A stretch of 63,769 nt of DNA, the filler included, from Parasitella parasitica NRRL 2501 (taxonomy: Eukaryota > Fungi > Mucoromycota): assembly GCA_025201805.1 (NCBI GenBank). It is 11 parts of 11 records of this genome, joined end to end, with 100 filler letters (N's around TTAATTAATTAA, not from the genome) between each part and the next. Parts side by side here need not be neighbours in the genome. Positions count along the whole stretch, not along the records: positions 36,081 to 45,841 come from MU619263.1; positions 45,942 to 51,647 come from MU619274.1; 9 more parts are not named here. The stretch is one strand, 5' to 3'. Each line of letters begins with the position of its first letter. The first letter of the stretch is position 1. Below the pieces are notes generated by a model. The model had not been told where the DNA came from. It did not search any database and saw only the letters and a program-made list of their open reading frames with translations. The translations under genes and the position numbers were made by a program. This document shows, piece by piece, positions 38,599 to 51,260 of the stretch.

Positions 38599-40269
38599 AT
38601 GTTTAAATCATTACATAAAAACGAAGATGTATCACTATCAATAAGAGTCTCTTCTGGTTTTACTGGGATTCTTCGAGGATTTGCACATGATGAATCCGAA
38701 GGCTGTACGTTGAGCGGAGAGCTGGTCATGACTACAACGCATCGTATTAAAATCAAAAAGCTGGAGACTGTATTTGCAGGCGTATGTCGAGTCAACCTCA
38801 AAACAACAAACAAAATGGGAGTGCCAACATCCGACGGAACAGAGAATCGAAGCGTGTATAGAAAGAAAATCACACATCTTGATGATACAGCCAACAGCAA
38901 TCAGGATAACAGCGTCGAAAAGTCGACCATTGAGCCTGGTGAATACGAGTTTCCATTTTCTTTCAATATACCACCAACTCTACCCCATTCATTCAAAGCG
39001 AAATATGGTTCTATTGAATACGAACTAAGTGCCTTTGTTACTCGAAGCATGTTTAATGCAGATGCACACACATCGAGACCAGTTACGCTAAGAAGATGTC
39101 TAATGAACACTTTGAACCCAATACCTCAAACTTTTCAAACTGTATTAGGTAAGAGGCATCCTGAAATTGTCAAATATTCTGCTACTGCTCCATCAATGGT
39201 TTACTGTGAAGGTGGACTTTTGGAATTGGGTCTTAATGTGGAATTAACGGATCCAAATCGATACTCTGTCAGGATGGTCACCTGTGGGTTAAAAGAGCGG
39301 GTTATTTATAGGACTACCGGCAGGAGTTCATTAACAAACCAAGCCATGCACCACAATGAATCCAGTTTTCCTTTAGGCTGCAGCACCTTCTTTCCATCGC
39401 AACATCCCGAATACAACCCTGCAGATCTCCACAACTATAATGCTATTTTTCGACTGTGTCCTCGTATGCACACTGACAATAACTCAATCTTGATTATAGT
39501 TCAACATTTATTAATGATTAGAATAATTATTGACGATAACGAGGTTAAAAACAACATTCTAAGAGAGAGATCAACTGATAGTGTAACGAGTATTGCAAGT
39601 GCTACCAGCAGCATAAGAGTAAAGTCAATCTTGTCTCATTTGTCAATCCAACAACACGAGCGATCTTCGCCTGTTAGAGTTGCGCCTAACGCTATTGATG
39701 CAACCAGGACGCCTTCTCTTAGTAGATCGCCTTCGACTTCAGAATTATCAGTGGAAACAACATCTGGTGACTCTACTTTGTCGACATCTCCACCTTTTTC
39801 ATCGTCAGAACTGGAATCCATTCAACGTCTTCAATCAAACATAGTTCGTGTGTCGAGTAGAAAAATGGATCAATTCAGCTCAAGAGATAATGATATTTTC
39901 CCAGTCGTTGAAGAGGCTGAAAATGACGACGATGAAGAAAGGCCTTTCCAAGATATTAATTGGGGCGGTGGATCTCAACATCATTTAGGCCATTCGTTAG
40001 CAATGCATCATCACTTTAACCCATTCCAATTCCACAAAGGTGTATCAGAAGAAGGTTCGTATGAATGTACTTTGCATATCCCAATCATTGTCACATCCCG
40101 AGAAGAATATCGTGAAGGAGGTGTTCCTGCTCTGCCTGATTATGAAACAGCCGTAGATGAACCTCCCAGTTATCGAGCAGCCCTCCAAAATCTTCCACCC
40201 GTTCCTATTTATCCATCAAATGACGAACTACGAAACGACAGCAATAATGGGATGTCTAACAGCCTTTAA
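38599..40269 (+). CDS. Alpha-arrestin (ART-type) adaptor, intronless
   Basis: Arrestin_N PGEYEFPFSFNIPPTLPHSF...GSIEYEL; C-terminal PY motifs LPDY and PPSY. Confidence 0.88.
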   Translation: MFKSLHKNEDVSLSIRVSSGFTGILRGFAHDESEGCTLSGELVMTTTHRIKIKKLETVFAGVCRVNLKTTNKMGVPTSDGTENRSVYRKKITHLDDTANSNQDNSVEKSTIEPGEYEFPFSFNIPPTLPHSFKAKYGSIEYELSAFVTRSMFNADAHTSRPVTLRRCLMNTLNPIPQTFQTVLGKRHPEIVKYSATAPSMVYCEGGLLELGLNVELTDPNRYSVRMVTCGLKERVIYRTTGRSSLTNQAMHHNESSFPLGCSTFFPSQHPEYNPADLHNYNAIFRLCPRMHTDNNSILIIVQHLLMIRIIIDDNEVKNNILRERSTDSVTSIASATSSIRVKSILSHLSIQQHERSSPVRVAPNAIDATRTPSLSRSPSTSELSVETTSGDSTLSTSPPFSSSELESIQRLQSNIVRVSSRKMDQFSSRDNDIFPVVEEAENDDDEERPFQDINWGGGSQHHLGHSLAMHHHFNPFQFHKGVSEEGSYECTLHIPIIVTSREEYREGGVPALPDYETAVDEPPSYRAALQNLPPVPIYPSNDELRNDSNNGMSNSL

Positions 40270-40662
40270 TTAAAAAAGCTTGAATCCGTGGTCATCGGCG
40301 CGCTGCGACATTATGCTAAAGAAGTGTGTTTTTGTATCTATATCGTTAACCATGCTATTCTTCTATTGAGGTAGTAAATGATCATCAGAAGCAGCATATG
40401 CTGTATTTGATTTGAAATGAAATGGTCATTTCAGACTTATAGTATGGTGTGGTTTAAAGGAGAAATTAGCTTGGTTATGATACATTCGCGGTGTGTGTGT
40501 GTCTAAGACTGGTTAATAAAGTAGTTGGTGGTTTTCAATTATTTCTCTCCTCTTCCCTTTTTCTCTCTTTTTATTTCATTCACTCTTCTCCCCTTCCGTT
40601 CCTTATTTCTCCTTAATAATCAATAATCAAGTTTCTTTAAAATTTGTTTTTTTTAAACTAAA

Positions 40663-43646
40663 ATGACAAATATTGAGGAAAAAAACTCATACATCCATTC
40701 TTTTCTTGTAAGATGATACTTTATATACATTTTGCCTTGATCTTATTCACTTTGATAGGATGAGAAACCAAAGGACGGGTTTGCTATTCCACATGCTCGT
40801 TTATTATCAGCTTTAAAGTTGTACGATGACTTTGCAGACTATTTTAGGGATCGGTAATGATAGAATAATCATGGTAGAACAATATATTAAAATAGAATTA
40901 TAGAGCACAAATCGAGGATACATATGCTAAAAGTATTATCAAATTGCAAAAGAAAAATTACATTGCAAACAATTCAGCATTAGGGTAAGAAGGAAATTAT
41001 CGTCATTTATTGCTTGGAATCAACACCATTCGCTATCATAGAACATTTTTACCGTTGTGGGAAATGCTTCAATTGGAACTCACTCAACTGGCATCAATTC
41101 ATGGCGAATTTTCAGCTGCACTAACTGAGCAAATTGAACAACCATTAAGAGTAGCAATACCAAATAACTGCGATTATATCAATATTCAAACGGTAATTTG
41201 ATTTCTTTACATCATACTTTCAGTCAATTAACGAGAAGTAAGATGGATGATCATATGCAAAAAATCGCTCGAGAATATGAAGATCTTCAAAACAAGATCC
41301 AAAAACAAAAGAAAAACTCTAAAGGCGAAGCGAAGACTATTGAATACGTAAAGTTACTGGAACGTAAATTAGCAGAATGGAAAAATGAAGCACCTGATTT
41401 TTTACAAGTAAGTATAATCATGATATACAAAGCAAAGTCCTCTAAAAACTTGAAATAGAAACATCAAAAAGTAGATGAGTTTACCTGGGAGAATTTAAAA
41501 ACCACGATCCATCAATTCGAAACTATCCAACAAGCACATGCTTTTAAGATGATTGAAACAACTGGCAACACCATGACAGCTGTAGCGAACTTGCGCGTTG
41601 ATGACGAGATTACTGCGTATTGCACATCTCATGGCAGTAACTTCAAAGCGATTGTGGATCAAGAGCAAACTCAATCATCTGGTATTGAAAACGTTGTGCC
41701 TGAGCCGTCTGTTTCGAACATTAGCTTTAGAAGTTCTGAAGCTGGAAACATCACTCATCATCCTCCATCTGTCAAAAAAGACAAAAAAAAATGTAAGCAA
41801 TGAAGATGGAACCTAAAAAATAAGATACTGACATTTTGGTAAAAACACAGTTTTCTCCTCTCTTGTTTCTATTAGACGCAAGCCAAAGTCGGATGCTAAT
41901 CTTCATCAACAGCTCGATCACAATTTGGGCGCATCTGAAAGAAGCAATCGTCAACGTAGTTTTAGTAATTCTGGAAGCTTTGTAGAGTCATCAAGCCTTC
42001 ATTCTATGAATACACCCAGCACATCTGATCGCCCTGATCCTAATATGGCTAAATCGGCAAGCGTAAACAATATTGGACAACATCTTACTGCACCAAGCTC
42101 ACCTAATTTATTGAAGCAGCCATCTATTAATAATGCTTCAAGTTTTGTAGGTAGCTCTACTAATGACGGATTATCGCAACCTGTATGTATTTTGTATCCA
42201 CTATTTTCTTATCGCAGATTCTGATCTATATATGCAGCCTCTTATTTTAATAGATGAGGAAGGTTATTCAATTCCTCCCGATCGAACTACATGGCCGGGT
42301 GATGCCAATACGCCTAGTGATTCTTTGATAGAAACAGATGATATGACCTCAGATGGTGGAAGGTAAAGTATTATATCTATTTACTATTTTAAAATCACTA
42401 GTAACATAAGATTTTTTTGTTAAGCATACTGAGCAATCCGCGTATCCGAGTCGATATCAAGAATGAGGCTGTTAGCGAAGAGGATGCATCACAATCAGCT
42501 GTAGCTCTTTCCCGCATGTCTACTTTATTAAGAGAGGTATTTGCATGGATTATTCTTGAAGCATCAAGGCTCAATAATTATGTAGAAAACCTCCAACTCT
42601 GTACCTGTGGCAAGAAGGTTGAGAGGACGGAGAGAGTAAATTTGGAACTTTATTCATTAGTAGAATATTACTAATCGACTTTCATTGCTAGGATACGGGC
42701 AACACAATTATATTCAGTTATCGAACAGGACCACATTGTTTCAAAGGTAGACGGTTCTCATGGACCTGCGCCTTCAGATACAGCAATAACTACGCTATCT
42801 AAATCGTCCTTGGAACCAGCGCTATCGCTATCACCGAATCCTTTTGAGATTGGCCAGAAAGAAATTATAGAATCACTCAAAGATGAGGAAGTAGTTACAA
42901 TGGATTCTGTGGAAAATTTACCGATCATCAATGTTTTTATTACAGAAACTGTACATGTCCTTTCCAAAGCAGGAGAAGCTGAGAAATCAGTTGTTTGGGG
43001 TGAAATTGGTGTTGAATACAAAGGACCTGCTATCAGTACCGCCCCCGTTTGTTTCCAACTTGATCATCAGCAACCGCTAGACATGATCGAGACAACTGAT
43101 TACGCACATGTGTTGGATGGTTATACATTGCAAGATAATATCTTCAAGATTAATACACAAATGTATAATGAAAACAAAAGCTCTGACCATCATGTAGCTA
43201 TATGTATCAAATATCAAACCAAACTGAACTACTTGCCCATCGTCGTAAAACCAATCTGGAAATGCGAAAAAGAAAAGAGTCGATTACTTGTAAAATATCA
43301 TAACAATGTAGCAGCAGTGCCAATTGAAAATGTCATGTTCGCTACTTCGGTCACAGGAAACGTGCAAAATGCTTTAAGTATCCCAGCGGGCGAGCTTGTT
43401 CTTCCTCAGCAGAGAATTAAATGGCATCTTGGAGAAATCTCGGATAATGATGAAGCTGTAATTAAGGCTCAATTCGTCACACTTGAGCAAGCCACGGCTC
43501 AACCTATCGCTGTCCGTTTTGAAATCAAAAATCACCTATTGTCTAATGTAAACGTGAAGCATGGTACAGATGCCTTGGTGCTTTGGCCTAAAATTTGTAA
43601 TACAACCAAGTTTGTAAAAGCTGGCAAATATCTTGCCGATGTATAA
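40663..43646 (+). CDS. SYP1: Muniscin Syp1/FCHo (F-BAR plus mu-homology domain) endocytic protein
   Basis: F-BAR DFADYFRDRAQIEDTYAKS; IDEEGYSIPP motif; muHD ITETVH...VWGEI...PIWKCE...IKWHL...PIAVRF...GKY. Confidence 0.88.
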
Positions 43647-45469
43647 GCTCAAGAAAGCACCATACTATAATAAAGTCAAAGATTATTGATAACATATACA
43701 TCTCAGCAGTTTGTTAGTTAATGCGACTACTAGTTTAGTACGACAATTTTCGATCTTTCGTTGGCCTTCGATTTTTGATAAACGCTTGATGAAAGTATAC
43801 TATCCAAGGCACATTAAATATAGTAAACAATCCTCATACGATAGCCAGTGAGCACTTCTGAAATCTTTTCTAAATAAGCCCACAAAGCGCAATATTTCAT
43901 CAATTTTAGTAAACGCAGAATAGATATAAACTAAATATCAATAGGTCGCCAGTAAGTAATTATATCACCACTGGCACTATATATTTTCGAAAGCATTGAA
44001 ATCAAGTCTTTCAAGCTATTGGCATATCATATTTTTTAATCAACAGCAATATATATTTTAAGGTGTATCTAGCTTAGTAATAATTAAGCCTTTACAATTT
44101 CATCATAAAGCATTTGTTATGCAGAAATAAGACTTCTGGTTATGTTAATGTTGCGAAGGATGTAATATTTAATACCTTTGTAATTGATAAAGCTCAAACC
44201 TCGCATTTGATTTTCTGTTTTTAACTTTTGTAAAAAACCTTCGAAATCGTTTTTAGGTTTAGATTTGGGTCCCAAGGCAAAAATGCTTTCTAAATTATTA
44301 AGACAGGTAAACTTCACTATATTTTCTATTTGTTTCCATACATTTCTTTGTTATTGTCGAGATATTCACTGATGTATCAATTCTAAAACCGGAGGCCACA
44401 TCAATATAACAGACCATAGGATATACGCTGGCAGAAATCATGTCTTTCGATATAATAGACCTGACAAGATGACATTTGGGTAGATAAAATCTACTATGAT
44501 CTCTGAACTTTGCTACCATCCTCGCATCACTGTTTCAAATCGAAAAGTATATAAAGCATCTTAGCTTGGTGTATAAACGAGAATAGCTTCTTCTCATTTC
44601 TAAATAAATCTGTTTAGGATGTGAAGTTTCTATTATGTGGTTAAGGCATCATATTCTGTGGGATATGTTTGAAAGTTATCTTTGGAGAATCAAGGATGAT
44701 CAATTTCTACGAATGTGCAATATTTTATGGTTTACTTTCAATGTGTTCAACTCAATTGACTTAATCTTACTTCATTTGTTCTCTCTTTTCCTGTTAATAA
44801 CCATTAAAAATCTCTCTCTATAGCTCATATAGATGAACTATACCTTAAATAAATGATACTTGTCGGAAAATGGAAATAGTTCTGGTATCTCCAAATACTG
44901 CCACTGAATGTTCGTAACACTTGTTTTAGTATAATCCTTTACTCTTTCGAAATGAATTTACTCCATTCTGTCCATACCGTCTTTCTGTCACGTTGTCCAC
45001 TACTCCAACTATCATTGGAAACACTGAACACTTTCTTTCTTCTCGTGGTGTCCTTTGAAGATTATCGTCTAGCATCAAGCCCTTTCTCAACAAACCCCTC
45101 GCCTCTTAACTTTTGCTTTTGAGGAATACGTTTTTCTTTCTCTATCTACAGCGATTACCGTACCCGATCGCACTTTTCACTTCCATTCTCCTGAATTTCT
45201 GTTCACCAAATTTTTGCCTGTATTTCTAATTGCGCTTTGCATTTAGCTTTTTACATAAATATAGAAATGATAAAAATAATACCCTGATAATGACTGATCT
45301 CGTCAGATTTTTAGGTACACACAGACAATATGTGTATCATATTTGATTATTATAAGGATCATACGAAAACAATATAATAAATATAATCTTTTATCCAAGT
45401 CCATTCTAATACGAACGTCGCTGCGACAATACTACATGCACTACAATTGTATATAACGTAAAAATTTAT

Positions 45470-45542
45470 TGCGGGTAAAGCGGATCGAACGCTTGACCTT
45501 TAGATCTTCAGTCTAACGCTCTCCCAGCTGAGCTATACCCGC
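45470..45542 (-). tRNA. tRNA-Phe (GAA), intronless
   Basis: Reverse complement GCGGGTATAGCTCAGCTGGGAGAGCGTTAGACTGAAGATCTAAAGGTCAAGCGTTCGATCCGCTTTACCCGCA folds as a cloverleaf with anticodon GAA. Confidence 0.97.
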
Positions 45543-45941
45543 AGGCACTTTTCTTTCTCCTAACCAATTTTTTACCTAATTTGGAACATTCACTTTTTGT
45601 AAGAAATTGTATAACACTTCATCCATCCATCTCGATAAAAGCTTCATCATTGCATCCTTCGAGAAAATTAGCTCACCTACTTTGTTGCCTTCAGATTCTC
45701 TTTTTTCTGGCTTGAAACGGCCTATTTCGTCTCGATCTCCACCTTTATTTGCGTTTGATCTCGTACAACAAATAAAGTCCAAAAGATCCTCAACAACATT
45801 TGGAGATCCCAAGCCCGCTCCTCCTGCCCAAATGAATCTATNNNNNNNNNNNNNNNNNNNNNNNNNNNNNNNNNNNNNNNNNNNNTTAATTAATTAANNN
45901 NNNNNNNNNNNNNNNNNNNNNNNNNNNNNNNNNNNNNNNNN

Positions 45942-46218
45942 CTGAGCCATGTACCCTTTCTTCTCTTTGTTGTCGCTCTTCCAGTTGGAGGCGCTTAAAT
46001 AATTCAAATGCCTCGGTAGTAGTAAGGTATTTTGTTGTTTGATCATCATTGATATCACTCATAGTTTGTTCCACGATGCGCGGCTTTGAAAGATATAGGG
46101 AAGAAAGGGATTCAAATTTATTATTACTATATATATGAAAAATAAAGCGTGGCTCTGAGAGCATTTACCACATTGGAAGCCGAAGCGGAGGCAACTGAGA
46201 TTGTTATAGGTACGACAA
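45942..46218 (-). mobile_element. 5' end of a possible DIRS-like retroelement ORF1
   Basis: MSDINDDQTTKYLTTTEAFELFKRLQLEE start runs into the gap and abuts a truncated repeat subunit; family assignment is from memory only. Confidence 0.3.
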
Positions 46219-46219
46219 A

Positions 46220-46412
46220 CAATTGAAAATCCAAAATGAGGTTTGCGGGGTCCAAACAGAGCAAAATCTGGAAAATGGTCAGAGGTGTGCAAGAGATTCG
46301 GAAATGTTGTAGAATGGTGCAAAAAAAGAAGATTTTAGCTGAAGGTTGTGCCTTCATTGCTTAATAGTTTGCAAAGATACTAGAGGTAAAAAATTATGCC
46401 TTTAAGCGGGAA
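46220..46412 (+). repeat. Dispersed copy of the foldback subunit
   Basis: aattgaaaatccaaaatgaggtttg...gcaaaatctggaaaatggtcag...gcctttaagcggg aligns with ~17717-17905. Confidence 0.8.
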
Positions 46413-46799
46413 GGGGGGGGGGAAGGTAACGATTAAACTGTGAAGTATTGATCAATGTTCGTTTTGATAATAGCTTTGTTACGATCATTCTTTTTTATTT
46501 TTTTATAAACGTCTCACCCAAATTAATAGCAACTTTCTCAATGTAAATTGTAGGGGGGCAGTGCTTTGGATGAACAGTGAAATGAGGCCACGGGTTTAGA
46601 AAGGGCTGTTACAATCTTGCATTTACCTTTCACATGAACTTTCGTCCAGCTGTTTGAACAATTGGTATTGCAATACATTATCAACTTGATTTTAAGCGTC
46701 ATAGTCTGGATTTGTTGATTTACGCCAATGAAAGTGGCCAAATTCCATTTCGAGCAACCTTGAGGATAGACACAAAAAAATAAAAAAATAAAAAAAAAA

Positions 46800-47619
46800 A
46801 TGCAAGATTCAGCGATAAAAGTGATACACCGTGATGAAAACTGGTTTATCATTGACAAACCGTATGATTGCCGAATTCAGACCTATGCCAATACAGATGA
46901 GTCATCAGGTAAAGACAATTTATGCTGTTCCCTTTTCTTTTTTCGCATGCTGATTGTGTCGCGTACTGTTCATGGTGGAACACAGTCGAGAGCTTATTGA
47001 AAGAGCAGTTTCCTGAAATTGACAAATTCCGCAATGTACATCAACTTGACTACGCAACCTCGGGCGTATTTGTATTAGCTTTGAATAAGAAAGCTGCTGC
47101 TGCTGCTAGTAAGCTGTTCAGAGAGCGAGCAGTAAAGAAAACTTATCTGGCACTTGTCAACGGCCACGTCAAAAAAGATGTGTAAGTCGTCGTGAAATAG
47201 CAGATGGATACACGGGCTAAAAAAAAAAAAAAAAAAAAAGGTATTTTGTAGATCAACCTATAGGTAACGATCCGAACCATAGCTTTAGAATGGCTGTTAT
47301 TGCGTCAGGGAAAACAGCACAGACCAAAATCCGGGTTTTACAGCGAGGATACTATACATTCCGCCAAGAAAAAACTGGACTAGAAAAGACAATTCCTGTA
47401 AGCAAAGTGAGTCTATCACCAATTTCTGGAAGAAGACATCAGTTGAGACTACATTTAAAGCACCTTGGCCATCCCATTGTAGGGGACTTTAATTACGAGG
47501 ATACATATACAGACACATTTCGAATGATGTTGCATGCACATCAGATTATCCTGCCTTTTTCGGAAGAAAAGGAGCTAAACGTAGTTGCAGATGATCCTTT
47601 TGCTGACCTTGTTGTTTAA
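46800..47619 (+). CDS. RluA-family RNA pseudouridine synthase (RPUSD1-like)
   Basis: IIDKP, HQLDYATSG (catalytic Asp), KTYLALV, SGRRHQLRLHL..LGHPIVGD..Y, MMLHA; two introns. Confidence 0.92.
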
Positions 47620-48077
47620 ATTAACAGTTTATTACAGTTTCCCAGCAATTTTGATATATATGCATATAGCCAGTAGAAAAGTAATAATGATTAAAGATTA
47701 GAAGGCTTTTTCTTTCTACCTCCTGTGCGCAGCAGCGTAGTGGAAGAACTAGACTTTGAATGATGGCCTGGTCTGATCCACCACAGTGGCGAGTATGCAG
47801 TGTTTTTACTTTATCCGGCTAGCACTCGGTATAAATGATCAATTATTGCTTTTGCAAAAGCAAGTGGTTTTGATTCAACATGTTTATGCTGCTACAGATC
47901 TTCATATTTTGGCATGTCATGTGTGTATGTATACAACATATTTGCAAATGCCCTGTAAATGGGAAATTCTCATATTACAGATTATATTTTGTCCATTTGA
48001 ATGATATTGTATTATACAAGTGTATGCAGTTTTTTTTTTTTCTTTTTTTGTGAAAATATATGAGCGTGCAGGCTTTT

Positions 48078-49546
48078 TCATTGATTCATAGGCGATCCAA
48101 TCCGTGTAGTTTTTAGATGTCCTCTTCTGTTACCACTGCCTATTTACCGCCTTGTTAAGCCATAAACCACGGTATTGGCAATTTAATTACAATATTTACC
48201 TTGGCTTGATGTGCGATTTACATGCACGATTTGCTGCGGTTCGTGCGAGCCATATTTATCTCGCCGACTGGGTGCAGTTTTACTCCTCCGCAAAGTCACT
48301 GTAGGCGGCGGTAGTTCCAGATCTGCATCTAGAATAGACTCAATGCCTGATCCAGAATAGGAACCAGCGGCTAGCGAGTATATCGTCGAAGCTCGTTGTT
48401 GTGGGGGGTTCGGGCGTTCCTCTTTTATAGCCTTGTTAAAATCTTTGACTGATAGAGAACGATTAAGTAAAGCCGAATGTAAAAGCATATAATATTTTTT
48501 TTTTTTTTTTTTGATTTTACTTTTCGGTGGTACGCTGTTGGATGGCGGCAGAGCGTTGTTTTGGTCTGTTGTATTAGCAAATGTATGCGCCCTTGGCATG
48601 GAAAATCTTTCTTGATGTTCTATCAGAAAAATCAACACTCTTTGCGACTCCAGATAGCCAGCAGGGTTTAGTTCATCATCAGGATGAGATAAAATACCCT
48701 ACATGATGTTTTAATACAAACAAGATGCCCGGTACCTGTACTTACAGGTGCAAATACAGCAGCCAAGCATGCCGTGTCCATTCGTGTGTAATCCTGCGCA
48801 GTGACAAACATCCCCAGCATATCCAGCAGATACAGCAAAAGATATTGATGGGCAATAGGCAGGCATTCGATGACCCCCTGAACTGCCTCTATTTTTGCGT
48901 CTACATTTGGGTATTCTGCAACTAAAATAACAAAGTGCAGATCAATGAGCCAAGGGAAAATAGTGTTTAGTTACAGCAAATAAACACTCAACTGGTTGTA
49001 TCCTTCAGCTTTCGGTAGTATTCCAATGTTATTACAGGCTCGGGCAAGAAGTTGAGAAACCTCTTCATCACATTTGCTGCATCGTGAACTGTGTATCCTC
49101 TCCAATCCAGCTGTGATCCGTAGAGTTCCGGTGTATCAAATATCGACTGTAGCATTCTGATTCTGCGTGAGCTGCCTGATATGCGAAAAATACCTTCGGT
49201 CGTCATGGCTTCCTCTTTCAAAAACGATCCACATTTCGCTATGATGGTTGGTATCGCACCAAAGCACTGCGTCTCTGTGACATCGTCGATATATGAAATG
49301 CTTGAATGAGCATATTTAATCGACTCTACAAGCAATATACCAAAAACGCCTTTGTCTATATCGCCGAAGATCTAGTCAGTGAAATGCAGATTCACAAATA
49401 TACTGTCTGTCCTTACCGACAATAGGCACTCTCATGTCCTTAAAGTTCCGTGCTGAAGGATGTGCTGCTGTGACCTTCCTCCACCAGCCTCTAACAAGCG
49501 CTTTTTGACCTGGAGTGAATACTCCGAGCATCTCGAATGAAGACAT
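48078..49546 (-). CDS. RhoGAP (Sac7/Bag7-like)
   Basis: GVFG, IPTIIAKCG, EGIFRISGS (arginine finger), VHDAANVMKRFL..LPEP; first exon MSSFEMLGVF..GWWRKV; 3' end approximate. Confidence 0.9.
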
Positions 49547-49735
49547 ATTTTAGTTAGTTGGCAAGAGATATATATATTTATAAAAAAAAAAGAGAGAGAA
49601 TCAATGCAGATTTCGGATGTGGCTAATGCCAATATGGCATACCCAGTGCAAGTACGTCATCCTCCCATTGCAAACAAAGCACTGGGCAATTCAATGGCCG
49701 TTGATCGTCAGCTGTCAAACTGTGAAGGTGCATTT

Positions 49736-50724
49736 TTATTTATCAGATTTGAGCTTTCCGCCATCCTCAAGATAGTCTTTCATGTAGTTTTTAAAGCTAT
49801 GCAATACTTGCTCAGATGTTGTGTCTCTCGCATAGCAATCAATAAATTTGCCTTGTGGATCCATCAAATAGATGAAAATCGAATGGTCTACCAGGTAGTC
49901 ATCATCCGCCGAAACGTTGGGCGGCAGATAAGAGTACACCCGATATGATCGAGCCACTCTTTTCAATTCTTCAGGCGAGCCTGTAAATCCTACCAGGTCC
50001 GGATGGAAATCCTGCACGTATTCACGCACAACATCGGCTGTATCTCTTAATGGATCACAGGTAATGAACACAGGCGTCAATACATTGCCACCAAATTCTT
50101 CCTTGACGGCATCCACAACTTGGGCCATTTTGTCCAATTCCTCGGGGCAGATGTCAGGACAATGTGTAAACCCGAAATATATCATGGTGAATTGGCCGTT
50201 CATAAGCTCTTCAGAGGTTGTGCGTTTGTTTTCGTTGACATTAAACAGCTCGAAAGGCTGTCCAATGTGCGGGCGACCCATGGCTTTGATTGTGTCGCGC
50301 TCACGCTTGGCTTTCTGTGCTCTCAATTTTTCCTTTTCTCCTCTGAAATAAACCACGAGCCCTACGGCTGTCATGCCCAAGACAACGGCAGATTTCCATG
50401 TGAAAGTCTATATATTTTTCGTAAATAAAAGCATAACATGAATGTATATATTGCATTACTTGAGGTGATGGTGATGATGATAGTGGCGGCGGTGGTGGTG
50501 GTGGGGTTGACTTTTGCGCTGTTGAATATAATCTGTTGTGCTTTTGTCTGCAGAGAGGTTGCCCTATCAAACATCTTTTAACAGTTGTTCCCGTCGACGA
50601 GCGAGTGAATAGCTGCACGTGTTAAAATTGCGTTAGTGAATATATACAACTGCTAAACTTTAGGATACATTACGCTAATGGTAGGCTGAGCAATGGCCAG
50701 TCTAGGAATTTTACTTGAAAACAT
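49736..50724 (-). CDS. SCO1: Cytochrome c oxidase copper chaperone SCO1/SCO2
   Basis: YFGFTHCPDICPEELDK (CxxxC), DYLVDHSIF, TM helix, presequence-like first exon MFSSKIPRLA; two introns. Confidence 0.96.
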
Positions 50725-51119
50725 GATAGGTAGTACACTAGTAAAAAAAAAAAAAAAAAAAAAAAAATGTTTGCAAGGCTTGCAATCAGCCGGGCAGCAA
50801 CAGCAGCGGAATCAGAATGAAATGCTTCAGTTGACATTATCTGGATTCCCTCCCTGAGCTGCTCAATAGTAATAGTGTATCCTATCGACAAAATGAAATA
50901 GCAGGAGAGTGCAGATTCTCTATGCTTTGAAAAATCTTGTACAATAAACAGTGCAAGTCTTTTATTCATCAAACTGCATATTGACGACTCTTTGTATTCC
51001 ATCAACCACTTGAAAATACTGTAACGGTATATCAAGCTAAATTCCGAAAGAAGAAACAGATGATTTTGGTTACTTTCTATAAACAATTTATAAATGGTAA
51101 ATGTCACTTACCCAATAGT

Positions 51120-51260
51120 ATTAAAAGGTCAAAGTCAAAGATGCAGCGCTCGATTAATATTGAGTTATCTCCACGTTTTATATTTCTTTACTAACCTTCA
51201 AAGAGTATTGCCTCCATCGAAAGGCGAGCCCAGCATCCGTTTTCTGTACAAAAAAGATAG
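51120..51260 (-). ncRNA. Candidate Fanzor omegaRNA region (boundaries unknown)
   Basis: Position at the ORF 3' end; hairpin GCCTT-TCGATG-GAGGC at 51225-51210. Inferred from TnpB/Fanzor architecture. Confidence 0.4.

Noticed and set aside
46800-50724. Functional cluster of pseudouridine synthase, RhoGAP and SCO1
   Set aside because: Unrelated housekeeping functions; ordinary compact fungal gene spacing.
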